Part shown: positions 47,072 through 58,749 of the stretch, piece by piece
How positions within the stretch are numbered: position 1 is the first letter of the stretch
Layout: each line of letters starts with the position of its first letter
Source of the DNA: a virus
DNA length: 64,000 bases
Strand: one strand, 5' to 3'
IMG/VR virus record: IMGVR_UViG_3300031525_000865
Notes under the pieces: generated by a model
Database searches by the model: none
What the model was told of the DNA's origin: nothing
Seen by the model: only the letters and a program-made list of their open reading frames with translations
Program-made: the position numbers and the translations under genes

Positions 47072-48232
47072 ATGGCCCAGCTGACCGATCCGCTAGCGCT
47101 CGGCTTTCTGACGAAAGCCACGAAGGGCATCAAGGGGATGTTCACGCCGGACGTGCTGGCCCAGGTGGCGCCGCTCTTCGGCTGGTCGATTCGGTCGCAT
47201 GTCGTGGCGGCGCCGCTGGATGGCGAGCAGTTTTCGGGTGTCCTCAAGAAGCTGACGCCCGGCGTCCCAGGTGACCACCTTTTTGGCAGCGCGCGCGAGC
47301 GAAAGTCGATGCGCATCTTCGAGCCAGCGACCGGTCCGGCCAAGGTGGAAGCGATCCGCAAGCACGTCGTCGAGGTCGGCAAGGACGGTCCGGCACATCC
47401 CGAGCCAGGGCGGCTCTACGCGCACGGGTTGAGTGCGGGGATGGAGGTTGCGTACGGCCACAGCAGCTACATGCTTGGGGTCGATTCGGTGTGGTACGGC
47501 ATGCCGGGCTGGACGATCACGACGCCCAAAGGAAGCGTGACATTCACGCAGAAGATCTCCTACAACGGCAGACCGATCCCGTTCTCAGAGAGCGCGCCCG
47601 ATAAGGTCTGGTCGCTGCTCTACAAGTCGGGTCTGAAGGAGGACGCGAAGCGCGTTCTCGACTCCGTCGGCCATGAGGCGGTGGAGCGTGCGCTACGGCC
47701 TGCCGCATTCCGCGAGCTGGCGGGCACGGGGACGTGCTCGTGGTGCTTCAAGAACGTGAAGCTCCTGGGGGGCCGCGGAAAGGTGATGCGCCACGGCTGG
47801 TCGGTGAGCGGTCGCCGGCAGCGTGGCGCGTACGGTCTCACGTGGCACACGGGGCCCTGCGGGGGCTTCGGATGGCCGCCTTTCGAGGTGAGCGTCGAGG
47901 GGACGACGGCGTTTCGGATCTACGTGATGAATGCGCTGGATCGCATGAAGGAAGGTCTGGCGAAATTGCGCTCGCGACCCGACCAGCTCCTGGTCGGCGT
48001 GGAAAGTGGCACGACCAAGCTCACCTATGTCTCCAAGGACACGACCAAGAGGGTGTACTCCAGCGCGCGGGACTCACGTGGCGCGCCGATGTACGTCTCC
48101 GAGTACGAGGTTGTCCTGAAGGACAAGATCGACGAGGCCGAGCGCGAGATCGCCGCCGCCAAGGAAGAGATTGAATTTCTGACGCAGAAGATCAAGACAT
48201 GGAAGCCGCAGCCTCTTCCCGGAACGAGGTAG
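47072..48232 (+). CDS. hypothetical protein with C..C..HG..C..PFEVS domain and a C-terminal coiled coil
   Basis: GTCSWC...RHGW...TGPCGG...PFEVS. Confidence 0.75.
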   Translation: MAQLTDPLALGFLTKATKGIKGMFTPDVLAQVAPLFGWSIRSHVVAAPLDGEQFSGVLKKLTPGVPGDHLFGSARERKSMRIFEPATGPAKVEAIRKHVVEVGKDGPAHPEPGRLYAHGLSAGMEVAYGHSSYMLGVDSVWYGMPGWTITTPKGSVTFTQKISYNGRPIPFSESAPDKVWSLLYKSGLKEDAKRVLDSVGHEAVERALRPAAFRELAGTGTCSWCFKNVKLLGGRGKVMRHGWSVSGRRQRGAYGLTWHTGPCGGFGWPPFEVSVEGTTAFRIYVMNALDRMKEGLAKLRSRPDQLLVGVESGTTKLTYVSKDTTKRVYSSARDSRGAPMYVSEYEVVLKDKIDEAEREIAAAKEEIEFLTQKIKTWKPQPLPGTR

Positions 48233-48267
48233 GTCTCGTCGTCGTGTCGATGTAAGCTGGCCGTCCG

Positions 48268-48513
48268 ATGCTGACCGCCAAGCGCCGCGCGAAGATCGAG
48301 AAGCTCCTGACCGAGATCCGCAGCCGGCATCCTCATGGAGCGTGCTGGGTCTGCGGGACTCACAGAGGCATGAAGACTTCGCGCGCCTCGTACGGGCTTC
48401 GCTGCAGGAAGTGCTTCGAGGGCGGGAGAACGATCCCGGACGTCGGTCTATTCGAACAGTGCAGCGCAGAGATCGAGCTTGGGCACAAGCCGCGCGACCA
48501 TGCCGCAGGCTGA
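48268..48513 (+). CDS. Zn-finger hypothetical protein
   Basis: CWVC...CRKC. Confidence 0.55.
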   Translation: MLTAKRRAKIEKLLTEIRSRHPHGACWVCGTHRGMKTSRASYGLRCRKCFEGGRTIPDVGLFEQCSAEIELGHKPRDHAAG

Positions 48514-48866
48514 GTATGTTCTTCTCTACTACGTTGCCGATCCGTACACGGGAGGTCGCGTGGTCATCGGGGCGCTGGTTGACGCCGACGGTGTCGTGGC
48601 GCTCGTGCGCGGCAAGACTCCATGCGGTCACTGCCTCCGCAAGTCCGGGGGTGCGGCTCATCGAGATGGCGTTGCAGGACGTGGAACGACGGATGGCTTC
48701 GGGATGGAATCGACTCGCGCTTCCAGGCTCGGTGGGACCGCAGATTGTGGCGAGCGAATCGCGCTGGACGCCAGGCGGTGCACGAAGCGCTACGGCGTGG
48801 GTCGCCTCGCTTCTAGTTCGTGGTCGAGAACCGGACCAAGTAGAGGACGCTGTCGAACGGCAATAG
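48500..48866 (+). pseudogene. DUF3037-like gene split by a +1 frameshift near the G-run at about 48645-48652
   Basis: The N-part AEYVLLYYVADPYTGGRVVIGALV and the C-part LPGSVGPQIV..WVASLL are in different frames. Confidence 0.45.
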
Positions 48867-49157
48867 TCGGACGGCGTCGCTCGTTCGGCGGTCCGGTTTG
48901 ATGCGTCCGGCGAGGACGTCCTGCAGGCACTCGTCCCAGACTGACTTCGGCGCAGGAGAGAGCAGGCTACGGATCTTTGCCTCCTTTTGCGCCTCGCTGT
49001 CGCCCGTGGTGTTCAGCAGCACGGTGCTCATGAGCCCGCGCTCGAAGTGCTCCTGGGCTTGCGCCAGCGTGGTGCCTTCCGAGGCGTAGTCGAGTTCGAG
49101 ACCTTGCGCGAACCACGCGCCGTCATCGTAGACGACGTGCACCCGCAAACTGCCCAT
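48813..49157 (-). CDS. HicB-like antitoxin-fold protein
   Basis: VHVVYDDGAWFAQGLELDYASEGTTLAQAQEHF. Confidence 0.65.
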   Translation of the reverse strand: MGSLRVHVVYDDGAWFAQGLELDYASEGTTLAQAQEHFERGLMSTVLLNTTGDSEAQKEAKIRSLLSPAPKSVWDECLQDVLAGRIKPDRRTSDAVRLLPFDSVLYLVRFSTTN

Positions 49158-49216
49158 GTGAGAGGCGCCGCGCATTTGCTTGACAGCCGGTATAACATGC
49201 GTCACCTTGCCTCGCT

Positions 49217-49726
49217 ATGGCGGACAAACAGACGGTGTCGGACGCGCTTCGTCGCATCGCTTCGCTCAAGGGTCTCATCGGCGAGCACCGCAAGCGCGCA
49301 GCGGCTTCGGTGACGTACGAGGAGAGCGCGAAGCCCTCCTTCGACTTCGAGGAGACGGCAGCCAAGGCCAACGCGGCGCGTGACGAGCTGGTCGCGCTCC
49401 AGACGGCGGTGCAGCTGGCGAACGCCAAGGCGGAGATCGAGTGGCATGGCAAGACGATGGCGGTCATGCACGCCGTGCGACTGCGCGAGGAGTACAAGAG
49501 CGAGATCGCCTGGTACAAGGAGCTTCACTGCCTGGCGCAGGCGGTCGTCACGACCGAGGAGTTCTCGTACGACGACGACGGCAAGCGCGTGCGCGTGGCC
49601 AAGAAGAACAACTGTGCGCTGCCCGATGGCAAGCGCGCGGAGACGGTCGACCGCCTGCAAGGCGAGCACGACAAGATCAACATGCTCATCGAGAAGAGCA
49701 ACGGCCGCACGGAGATCGCTCTCTAG
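49217..49726 (+). CDS. DIP1984/DUF6847-like all-helical protein
   Basis: TVSDALRRIASLKGLI, LQTAVQLANAKAEI, AVRLRE and DRLQ...INMLIEKSNGRTEI match the family helix pattern as I recall it. Confidence 0.65.
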   Translation: MADKQTVSDALRRIASLKGLIGEHRKRAAASVTYEESAKPSFDFEETAAKANAARDELVALQTAVQLANAKAEIEWHGKTMAVMHAVRLREEYKSEIAWYKELHCLAQAVVTTEEFSYDDDGKRVRVAKKNNCALPDGKRAETVDRLQGEHDKINMLIEKSNGRTEIAL

Positions 49727-49743
49727 CGCGCCACAAGACTTCA

Positions 49744-49952
49744 GTGGGGTGGGAGGAAAGCAGACGAGAGGACGCGCAGGGAAAAAATAAGGTGCCCTCG
49801 AACCGACGCCGATTCCGAGATTCAGCCTTCAGCGTTCAGATTTTGCGTCAGCCTTGAGCGGTCAGCGATGAGCTTCCAGCTCTGAGCACTTGTCCTTTCC
49901 TTCGTTACTCTCCGGGCGGGCCCCAAAGGCCAGCCGGGCTCTCCTACCCCGC
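49744..49952 (+). ncRNA. candidate structured RNA with a heptamer-repeat loop; strand inferred from G-U pairs and the upstream gene
   Basis: 12-bp closing stem 49744-49755/49941-49952; nested stems; about 9 T(C/G)AG-N3 units at 49822-49889; GC hairpin at 49915-49935. Confidence 0.7.
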
Positions 49953-49978
49953 TGGGGATCATCGAACGAGGTTTCGCC

Positions 49979-50179
49979 GTGAGCCGCAAGCGTGTGGAGG
50001 AGACGCGAAAGAGTGCGCGACGTCCTCTATGCCCGTCCTGCCGCGTGGGCGGTTACACACAGAGCGAGGCACTGGATGGCCGGCCGCGTTTTCACTGCGG
50101 CCAGTGCGGCAGCACGTGGACGTGTGGTCGTGATGGTGGCGAGTACGCGGGCCGCGCGCAGCCGGGCGTTGGCGGATGA
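49979..50179 (+). CDS. Zn-ribbon protein
   Basis: CPSC...FHCGQC. Confidence 0.55.
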   Translation: MSRKRVEETRKSARRPLCPSCRVGGYTQSEALDGRPRFHCGQCGSTWTCGRDGGEYAGRAQPGVGG

Positions 50180-50496
50180 CGACCTCGGACGAGTGGATGG
50201 GAGCGCACGGTTGGCGCGTGCTGGTGCAGCCCAACGGGCTCCTCGCCATTTTCAGCATGGTGACCGACGAGATGCTTCTCGTGAACGCGACGGACGAGGA
50301 AGTCGCAGCGTGTGTCGTGACCGCCGAGCGCGAGCGCGCGGAGCGTGGTGCGACAGGTCTCGCGCGGCAGATGGTCGCGGAGGCGCGCGAGGACAGCCGG
50401 GCGCCGTGGGCCACGCGATGGGAGCGGACGCTCGCGATGCTGGGCGGCTGGCGAGGGATGGCGTACGTGGACCACCTGACGAAGCGGTGCGCGTGA
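50176..50496 (+). CDS. hypothetical protein
   Basis: ATGA overlap. Confidence 0.55.
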   Translation: MTTSDEWMGAHGWRVLVQPNGLLAIFSMVTDEMLLVNATDEEVAACVVTAERERAERGATGLARQMVAEAREDSRAPWATRWERTLAMLGGWRGMAYVDHLTKRCA

Positions 50497-51038
50497 TGGC
50501 GCAGTGCAACCGTTGCCACAAGGAAAAGTCGGTTCCACGCGCGATGGCGGATCGCCGGGCGTGGTGCATGTGCCCAACGGAGCTTCTCGTGGTGGAGGAG
50601 ATCTGCGACGGGTGCGGCGCGAAGAGCGGAGGTTTTTCGTTCCAGACGGGTGATGAGGCCGCGCCGGGTACGGCGGCGTGGACCGCGCCGCCGGCAGGTT
50701 GGCTGTCTTCCTCGGGTCCGGACGGACGCGAGTCCATTGCCTGCTCGGTGGCGTGCGCCAGGAAGGTGGACACGGCCCGACGGGCGGAGGAAGTGCTCAC
50801 GAACGAGGGGCTGGCCATCGTCAAGACGCCGGGGGTGTGTGGCGGCTACGCGCGTTTGCATCAGACTCGGATCCCCGTGTCGTGCCTGGAGTCCTGGCGT
50901 CGCCAGGGAGCTGGGGTCTATGGCCTTCAGAGGTCCTACCCGCATCTCACCCGAGCGCAGATCGAGGCCGCCTGGGCGTACGCGGACGCCCACAAGGACG
51001 AGATGGACCGGGAGATCGCGGAGAACGAGAACGCCTAG
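50496..51038 (+). CDS. Zn-finger plus DUF433 domain protein
   Basis: C-terminal IVKTPGVCGG..RL..TRIPV....YPHLTRAQIEAA..Y. Confidence 0.75.
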   Translation: MAQCNRCHKEKSVPRAMADRRAWCMCPTELLVVEEICDGCGAKSGGFSFQTGDEAAPGTAAWTAPPAGWLSSSGPDGRESIACSVACARKVDTARRAEEVLTNEGLAIVKTPGVCGGYARLHQTRIPVSCLESWRRQGAGVYGLQRSYPHLTRAQIEAAWAYADAHKDEMDREIAENENA

Positions 51039-51106
51039 GTTGCTTCGGACGTCACGCGACTTAGGTTGCGCGGCGGCGCTCCGGCGCAGAAAGAGTGGGG
51101 TAGCGG

Positions 51107-53740
<2,634 letters not shown>

Positions 53741-53931
53741 GGGACTTCGCCGAGGGTCATCGCCGAGAATTCGCTGCACTTTCTCGTCACCGATCTCGGC
53801 TACACGCAGGTCGCTCCCGACACGCAGACGGCGCACCGTGAAGACGCTCCGGCCGCGCTCTAGGACTGCGCGGTCGGCGTCTGGAAAAAGCTCTTGCCTG
53901 AATCGGTAGCGAGTAGTAAACACTACTCACA

Positions 53932-54273
53932 TTGAAGGCCTTCGGGAAGCGGCTACGGACGTTGCGGCTGGAGAGGCATCCCGACCTCTCGATGAGGCAG
54001 TTGGCGCGGAAGGCCGGCATCGAGCCGGGGTACCTGAGCAAGATTGAGCGCGGGGTCGAGCGCGCGTCGGAGGACACGATCGTGCTGCTGGCGGATGCGC
54101 TGGGCGAGAGCCGCGACGTTCTTCTGGCGATGGATGGGCGCATGTCGAAGCGGCTCCTGGCCATCGTGATCAAGCGTCCGGATCTTCTCGCATCCTGGAT
54201 TGAAGCGGTTGAGAAGATGCCCGACGACGCGGTCCTGCGTGTCGTGCGCGAGGTACGGGACGGCAAGTGGTGA
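53932..54273 (+). CDS. XRE-family HTH regulator
   Basis: FGKRLRTLR...SMRQLARKAGIEPGYLSKIERG. Confidence 0.88.
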   Translation: MKAFGKRLRTLRLERHPDLSMRQLARKAGIEPGYLSKIERGVERASEDTIVLLADALGESRDVLLAMDGRMSKRLLAIVIKRPDLLASWIEAVEKMPDDAVLRVVREVRDGKW

Positions 54274-54286
54274 AAGGAAGGCGATC

Positions 54287-55384
54287 ATGCTGGAGCTAAG
54301 TGGAGATGTCCTGGTGTTCAACTTCCCCCACGTGCACCCAAGGGCGAGCGTGCGGGTTGGCTTTCAACGCACGCTGCGGATCCCGGACGACGACAAGACG
54401 TACCCGTTGCCGCCCGGCCTGGGAAACTTCCCCGTCCGGCACATCGAGGACTTCAAGAAGCGCTTGCCCGAGCGGTGGCTGAAGCGCGGCGGGGTCATGG
54501 TGCCCATGTACCAGAGCGAGGCCCTGTGGCTCCAGTTTCAGGGAACGTACGACTCCGAGCGGGAGCACCACTACCCGTTCGCGATCAAGGTCGCGACAGG
54601 GAAGATGAGCGCGCTGACGGGCAAGCCGTGGTCGAAGAAGCTGAAGGGCAAGGACTACTGCGTGGTGCCCGAGCAGCCGTGGCTCGACGGCTACGTCGTC
54701 GAAGACGGCCTTGTCAGGCAGTTCGTGGCGATGCCGCTGGGCGGCGGGTTCACGGTCGAGGAGCAGCTGACGGGCAAGGCGGAGTTCGGGGGGATTCAGA
54801 TCGAGGTCATCCCGATGAAGCGCTCGGAGTACGAGAAGCGCTTCCCCAAGGTCGAGCGCAGACCCAGGCTTCGCATGCTGCGAAGCATGAGCCTGGGATC
54901 GGCGGGAGGAGGTGGCTACGGGACGATGTCATACAGCGCCACGGCGTCCGCCTCCGCAGGCGACGCCATGATGAACATGTGCGAGATGGACAGCATGGGT
55001 CTGGGGGCGGGCGGCCGGATGAAGCAGCAGGTGTTCGACGATCCGTACGGCCTCGATCGGTGGGACACGGGGCACAAGAGCCGGTGCTTCGTCCACCTGG
55101 CGAACTCCATGATGTGGCGCCGGATCACGGGCGACGAGCCCCCGACAGTCCCATTCACAGCGGCGGAGTACAGGCGCAACGGGATGCCTTGGTTCGACTT
55201 CTACGCCGACGCGCCGGCCCTGGAAGGCACGTCCAAGCTGAAGGGCGTGAAGACGGTCAAGCAGGTGGGCAAGCAGAAGGGTGTCAGCGCCCTTCCGGAG
55301 AACACGTCCCTCTCGATCGACCCGAAGCACATTCACGCGATCATGTCGCATGGCAAGCAGGTGAAAGACGGCGTCTGGAAGTAG
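54287..55384 (+). CDS. conserved protein of unknown function (FQRTLRIPDD...LPPGLG.FP family)
   Basis: FQRTLRIPDD, PMYQSEALW, QPWLDG and QFVAMPLG motifs; I recall them in bacteria and fungi; GGAAGG SD. Confidence 0.8.
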   Translation: MLELSGDVLVFNFPHVHPRASVRVGFQRTLRIPDDDKTYPLPPGLGNFPVRHIEDFKKRLPERWLKRGGVMVPMYQSEALWLQFQGTYDSEREHHYPFAIKVATGKMSALTGKPWSKKLKGKDYCVVPEQPWLDGYVVEDGLVRQFVAMPLGGGFTVEEQLTGKAEFGGIQIEVIPMKRSEYEKRFPKVERRPRLRMLRSMSLGSAGGGGYGTMSYSATASASAGDAMMNMCEMDSMGLGAGGRMKQQVFDDPYGLDRWDTGHKSRCFVHLANSMMWRRITGDEPPTVPFTAAEYRRNGMPWFDFYADAPALEGTSKLKGVKTVKQVGKQKGVSALPENTSLSIDPKHIHAIMSHGKQVKDGVWK

Positions 55385-55397
55385 TAGGATCACGCGC

Positions 55398-56132
55398 ATG
55401 GACGACGACACACCCGAGCAAGTGAGGCGCCGCCTCGTCAACACGGCCGCAGCGGAGAGGTGCGACCGCTGTCGATTTTGGACGAACGAAGGCGCCAAGG
55501 AGACGGGCGTCTACCGGATCCATCCCGAGCAGCACTCGTTTCACAGGCGCACGGTGCAGTACGGACAGTGCGTGCGCCACGACGCGGGAACGTTCCCCGA
55601 TCTCAATGCAGCGCGAGACCACGCCCGAGAGTCCGTGATGCTGCGAGGTCGCGTGGAGACGCGCAACGACTTCGCGTGCAGCGCGTTCGAGGCGGCCCGC
55701 AGCGAGCCGTCGACGTGCCGCGTGTGCAAGCGCGTGACCGCGAAGAAAGTACGCAACTGTCCGTGCTCTTGTTACGTGTGCCGCCGAGGCGACGCGTGCG
55801 GCGTGTTCTTCTGGGCATGCTCGCACTGCGGCAGCGGCGTGGACGAGGACAAGCGCTGGCCGTGGTCGCTTCGGCTCGCAGATCCGGAGACGTTGCACTG
55901 CGCGGAGCTTCGTGCGCGCGCGAAGCTGCCCGAGAAGATGCAGCTCGTCTGCCCACGGTGCGACGTGATGATGCAGCGGCGGGAGGAGCCCACGGGCAGC
56001 TGGATGATGTCAGGCCCGACGGGGCATGGCGCTCCGCCGCCTGCGGCGCCCATGAAGCTCGCGCCACCGACGGGTGCTGGCACATCGCTCTGTCCCGTCT
56101 GCGGCTGGATGAACGTCGGCGTGACCGGATGA
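55398..56132 (+). CDS. multi-Zn-finger hypothetical protein
   Basis: several CxxC pairs. Confidence 0.6.
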   Translation: MDDDTPEQVRRRLVNTAAAERCDRCRFWTNEGAKETGVYRIHPEQHSFHRRTVQYGQCVRHDAGTFPDLNAARDHARESVMLRGRVETRNDFACSAFEAARSEPSTCRVCKRVTAKKVRNCPCSCYVCRRGDACGVFFWACSHCGSGVDEDKRWPWSLRLADPETLHCAELRARAKLPEKMQLVCPRCDVMMQRREEPTGSWMMSGPTGHGAPPPAAPMKLAPPTGAGTSLCPVCGWMNVGVTG

Positions 56133-56366
56133 CCGGCCACAAGAAGCAGGACACGATCGACGCGGCGCTGGCACTGCTCGACGAAGAGAAGAGCAAGCTG
56201 CGGCGCATCTTCCGCCAGCCGACGCGCTCGTCCTCCATTCACTGGCTCCTTCCGATGCTGCAGTCGGGATGACCCGCCGTTGGCACGAGGAGCTGTCGAA
56301 CATCCAGCACGAGGCGCAAGGTCGTCGGCTCGCCAGCAGCGACACTCTCTGGTACAAAATGCGCCC

Positions 56367-57710
56367 ATGGAAAGCGACAGCTTCGACATCATCGAGAGCC
56401 AGGGAGGTGTGCCCATCAAGGCCTGGACGCGAGGCGTTCCGGTGGAGGATGGCGCGAAGGCGCAGCTCCGCTACACCTCGCAGCTTCCCATCGTGTGGCC
56501 GCACATCGCCGTCATGCCCGACGTACACCACGGCTTCGGCTCGACGGTGGGCAGTGTCATCCCGACCGTAGGAGCGATCATTCCCGCCGCGGTCGGGGTC
56601 GATATTGGCTGCGGCATGGTGGCAGCGCGCACGACGTTGACGAGCCATCAACTGGGCGACAGCGCAAAGGCGCTCTTCGATTCGATCTCGCATGCGGTGC
56701 CGCACGGCCGTTCGGACGAAGGTGGCAACAACGACCGTGGCGCGTGGGGCCAGCCGCCGGAGGTGGTGACGGCAGCGTGGGCGGGGCTGGAGGAGCGGTT
56801 CAAGCGGATTGTGGACAAGTACCCGCGCCTGGAGACGCGCCGGCAGGTCAAGCAGCTGGGGACGCTGGGTACGGGCAACCACTTCATCGAGGTGTGCATC
56901 GACACCGAGGACCGCATCTGGGTGATGCTGCACTCGGGCAGTCGTGGCATCGGCAACCGCATCGGGAGCTACTTCATCGCGATCGCGAAGGACGAGATGG
57001 ATCGCCTTGGGATCTCCATGCCCAACCGGGACCTCGCGTACCTGTCGGAGGGGACCGAGCATCTGCCAGACTACATGGAGGCGGTGGGCTGGGCGCAGGA
57101 CTACGCGCGCACGAATCGCGAGCTGATGCTGGAGCGCACGCTGTCGGCGCTGCGCAAGGCGGGGCTGCCGAAGTTCGAGGTGACCGGGCAGGTGGTCAAC
57201 TGCCACCACAACTACGTGCAGAAGGAGGAGCACTTCGGCCGCGAGGTCTACCTGACGCGCAAGGGTGCGGTGAGTGCTCGTGTCGGAGAGATGGGCATCA
57301 TCCCCGGTAGCATGGGAGCCCGGAGCTTCATCGTGCGTGGCAAGGGCAACGCGGAGTCCTTCCACACGTGCAGCCACGGGGCTGGCCGGGTGATGAGCCG
57401 TACGGCGGCGCGGCAGACGATCACGCTGGCGCAGCACCGCGAGGACACGGCGCACGTCGTGTGCTGCAAGGACAAGGACGTCGTTGACGAGAGCCCTCGG
57501 GCCTACAAGTCCATCGAGGCGGTGATGGCGGCGCAGTCGGATCTCGTGGAGATCGTCCACGAGCTTCGGCAGATTGTCTGCGTCAAGGGTCTTGGTGACG
57601 GCGACGGGCACAAGGGCAAGAAGGAGCGGAGGAGGAACGACAGGCGTCAGGAGGCGAGTCTCTACGGGCACGGCGAGCCGGACGACGACGAGAGCGGTCC
57701 CGACGCGTGA
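56367..57710 (+). CDS. rtcB: RNA ligase RtcB
   Basis: MPDVH, VGVDIGCG, LGTLGTGNHFIE, HSGSRG, CHHNY, PGSMG, SHGAGR, DESP.AYK. Confidence 0.96.
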   Translation: MESDSFDIIESQGGVPIKAWTRGVPVEDGAKAQLRYTSQLPIVWPHIAVMPDVHHGFGSTVGSVIPTVGAIIPAAVGVDIGCGMVAARTTLTSHQLGDSAKALFDSISHAVPHGRSDEGGNNDRGAWGQPPEVVTAAWAGLEERFKRIVDKYPRLETRRQVKQLGTLGTGNHFIEVCIDTEDRIWVMLHSGSRGIGNRIGSYFIAIAKDEMDRLGISMPNRDLAYLSEGTEHLPDYMEAVGWAQDYARTNRELMLERTLSALRKAGLPKFEVTGQVVNCHHNYVQKEEHFGREVYLTRKGAVSARVGEMGIIPGSMGARSFIVRGKGNAESFHTCSHGAGRVMSRTAARQTITLAQHREDTAHVVCCKDKDVVDESPRAYKSIEAVMAAQSDLVEIVHELRQIVCVKGLGDGDGHKGKKERRRNDRRQEASLYGHGEPDDDESGPDA

Positions 57711-57727
57711 GCGCGGGACCATGAAGG

Positions 57728-58654
57728 TCAGCGGTAGCCAGAGCTGGTCTTGCGGGTGGTGTCGACGGCGGGGACATCGTCCACGTCGGCTTCCATCTCG
57801 ATCTCCATGTGACGCATACTGTCGCTCGTGTTGCGCATGACGAAGTCGAAGTCTTGTGCGACGACGCATGCATCGAAAACGATAGCGAGGCCGTTCTCGA
57901 ACGCTTCGACCGCGATGGGCATCTCGGAGATGAGCTGGTCTCGGTTGCCGATCTTCACGGCGAGAAGGTCGAGATCTCCGCGGCTGTCGGAGTGGATCCA
58001 CAGACGCCTGGTCCGCATGTGCCACGGTGAGCGCCAGATGATGTGCTCCTCCGGCGTGGGCGGCACGCCAAACCGACGCGTCTTCGAGCACGGCCTCGGA
58101 TCGGGCGCGAGTGGGTACGGCCGTGAGTCGTCATTGGAGTGACCTTCGTACGCGAGCTTGACGAGAACGGGCTTCTTGGAAGTGTTCTCCACGACGCAGT
58201 ACATGACCTCGGCGACCTGAAGAGTGCGGATGTTCTTGCCGGCGAGAGGGACGCCGCCGCGACCTTCCTGGCCTGGAGTGAAGCCAATGCCTCCCATTCG
58301 GTGGGTGGCGTTGTCCTTCTCGTCGAAGGTGACGACGTGTCCGCCCAGATGGATCTCGCGCAAGCAGACGGGATGCTCCAAGCCTGCGCCGCGGTCCGTG
58401 ACCGCCGTGCTGCCCTGGAGCCTCTCGCCGTTTTTGGAGAACGCGAGGATCGTCAGCGCGTCGGGCGTCCAGCAAGAGATGAGGGGCCGCATCGCGAACA
58501 TCAGCTTCTCGCCCGGAGGCGCGATGGCCGGCTTGTCCGAGTAGACAGTGTCCTCCAGAAAGAACTTTTTCTTCTTGCCCGTAGTCTCGGGCGCGGACGG
58601 TGATGTGTTTCCCTGGTAGCCTGTCTGTACGCGAGTTACGCCGGTCCGCACCAT
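57728..58654 (-). CDS. beta-rich protein with two internally repeated domains (jelly-roll candidate)
   Basis: TLQVAEVMYCVVENTS versus ACVVAQDFDFVMRNTS; alternating beta-strand patterns in both halves. Confidence 0.6.
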   Translation of the reverse strand: MVRTGVTRVQTGYQGNTSPSAPETTGKKKKFFLEDTVYSDKPAIAPPGEKLMFAMRPLISCWTPDALTILAFSKNGERLQGSTAVTDRGAGLEHPVCLREIHLGGHVVTFDEKDNATHRMGGIGFTPGQEGRGGVPLAGKNIRTLQVAEVMYCVVENTSKKPVLVKLAYEGHSNDDSRPYPLAPDPRPCSKTRRFGVPPTPEEHIIWRSPWHMRTRRLWIHSDSRGDLDLLAVKIGNRDQLISEMPIAVEAFENGLAIVFDACVVAQDFDFVMRNTSDSMRHMEIEMEADVDDVPAVDTTRKTSSGYR

Positions 58655-58749
58655 GCAGCCATGGTGCATCCGTCATCGATCCAAGTCCAAGCCAAATCGC
58701 GACGTCGTCGAGGTCGTGGCTGTGGTCCAGGTAGGGTCGCGCGCGCATC

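Noticed and set aside
49822-49889. CRISPR array or ordinary microsatellite
   Set aside because: The units are 7 nt, degenerate and have no spacers, and no cas genes are present. The enclosing stems argue for a structured RNA instead.
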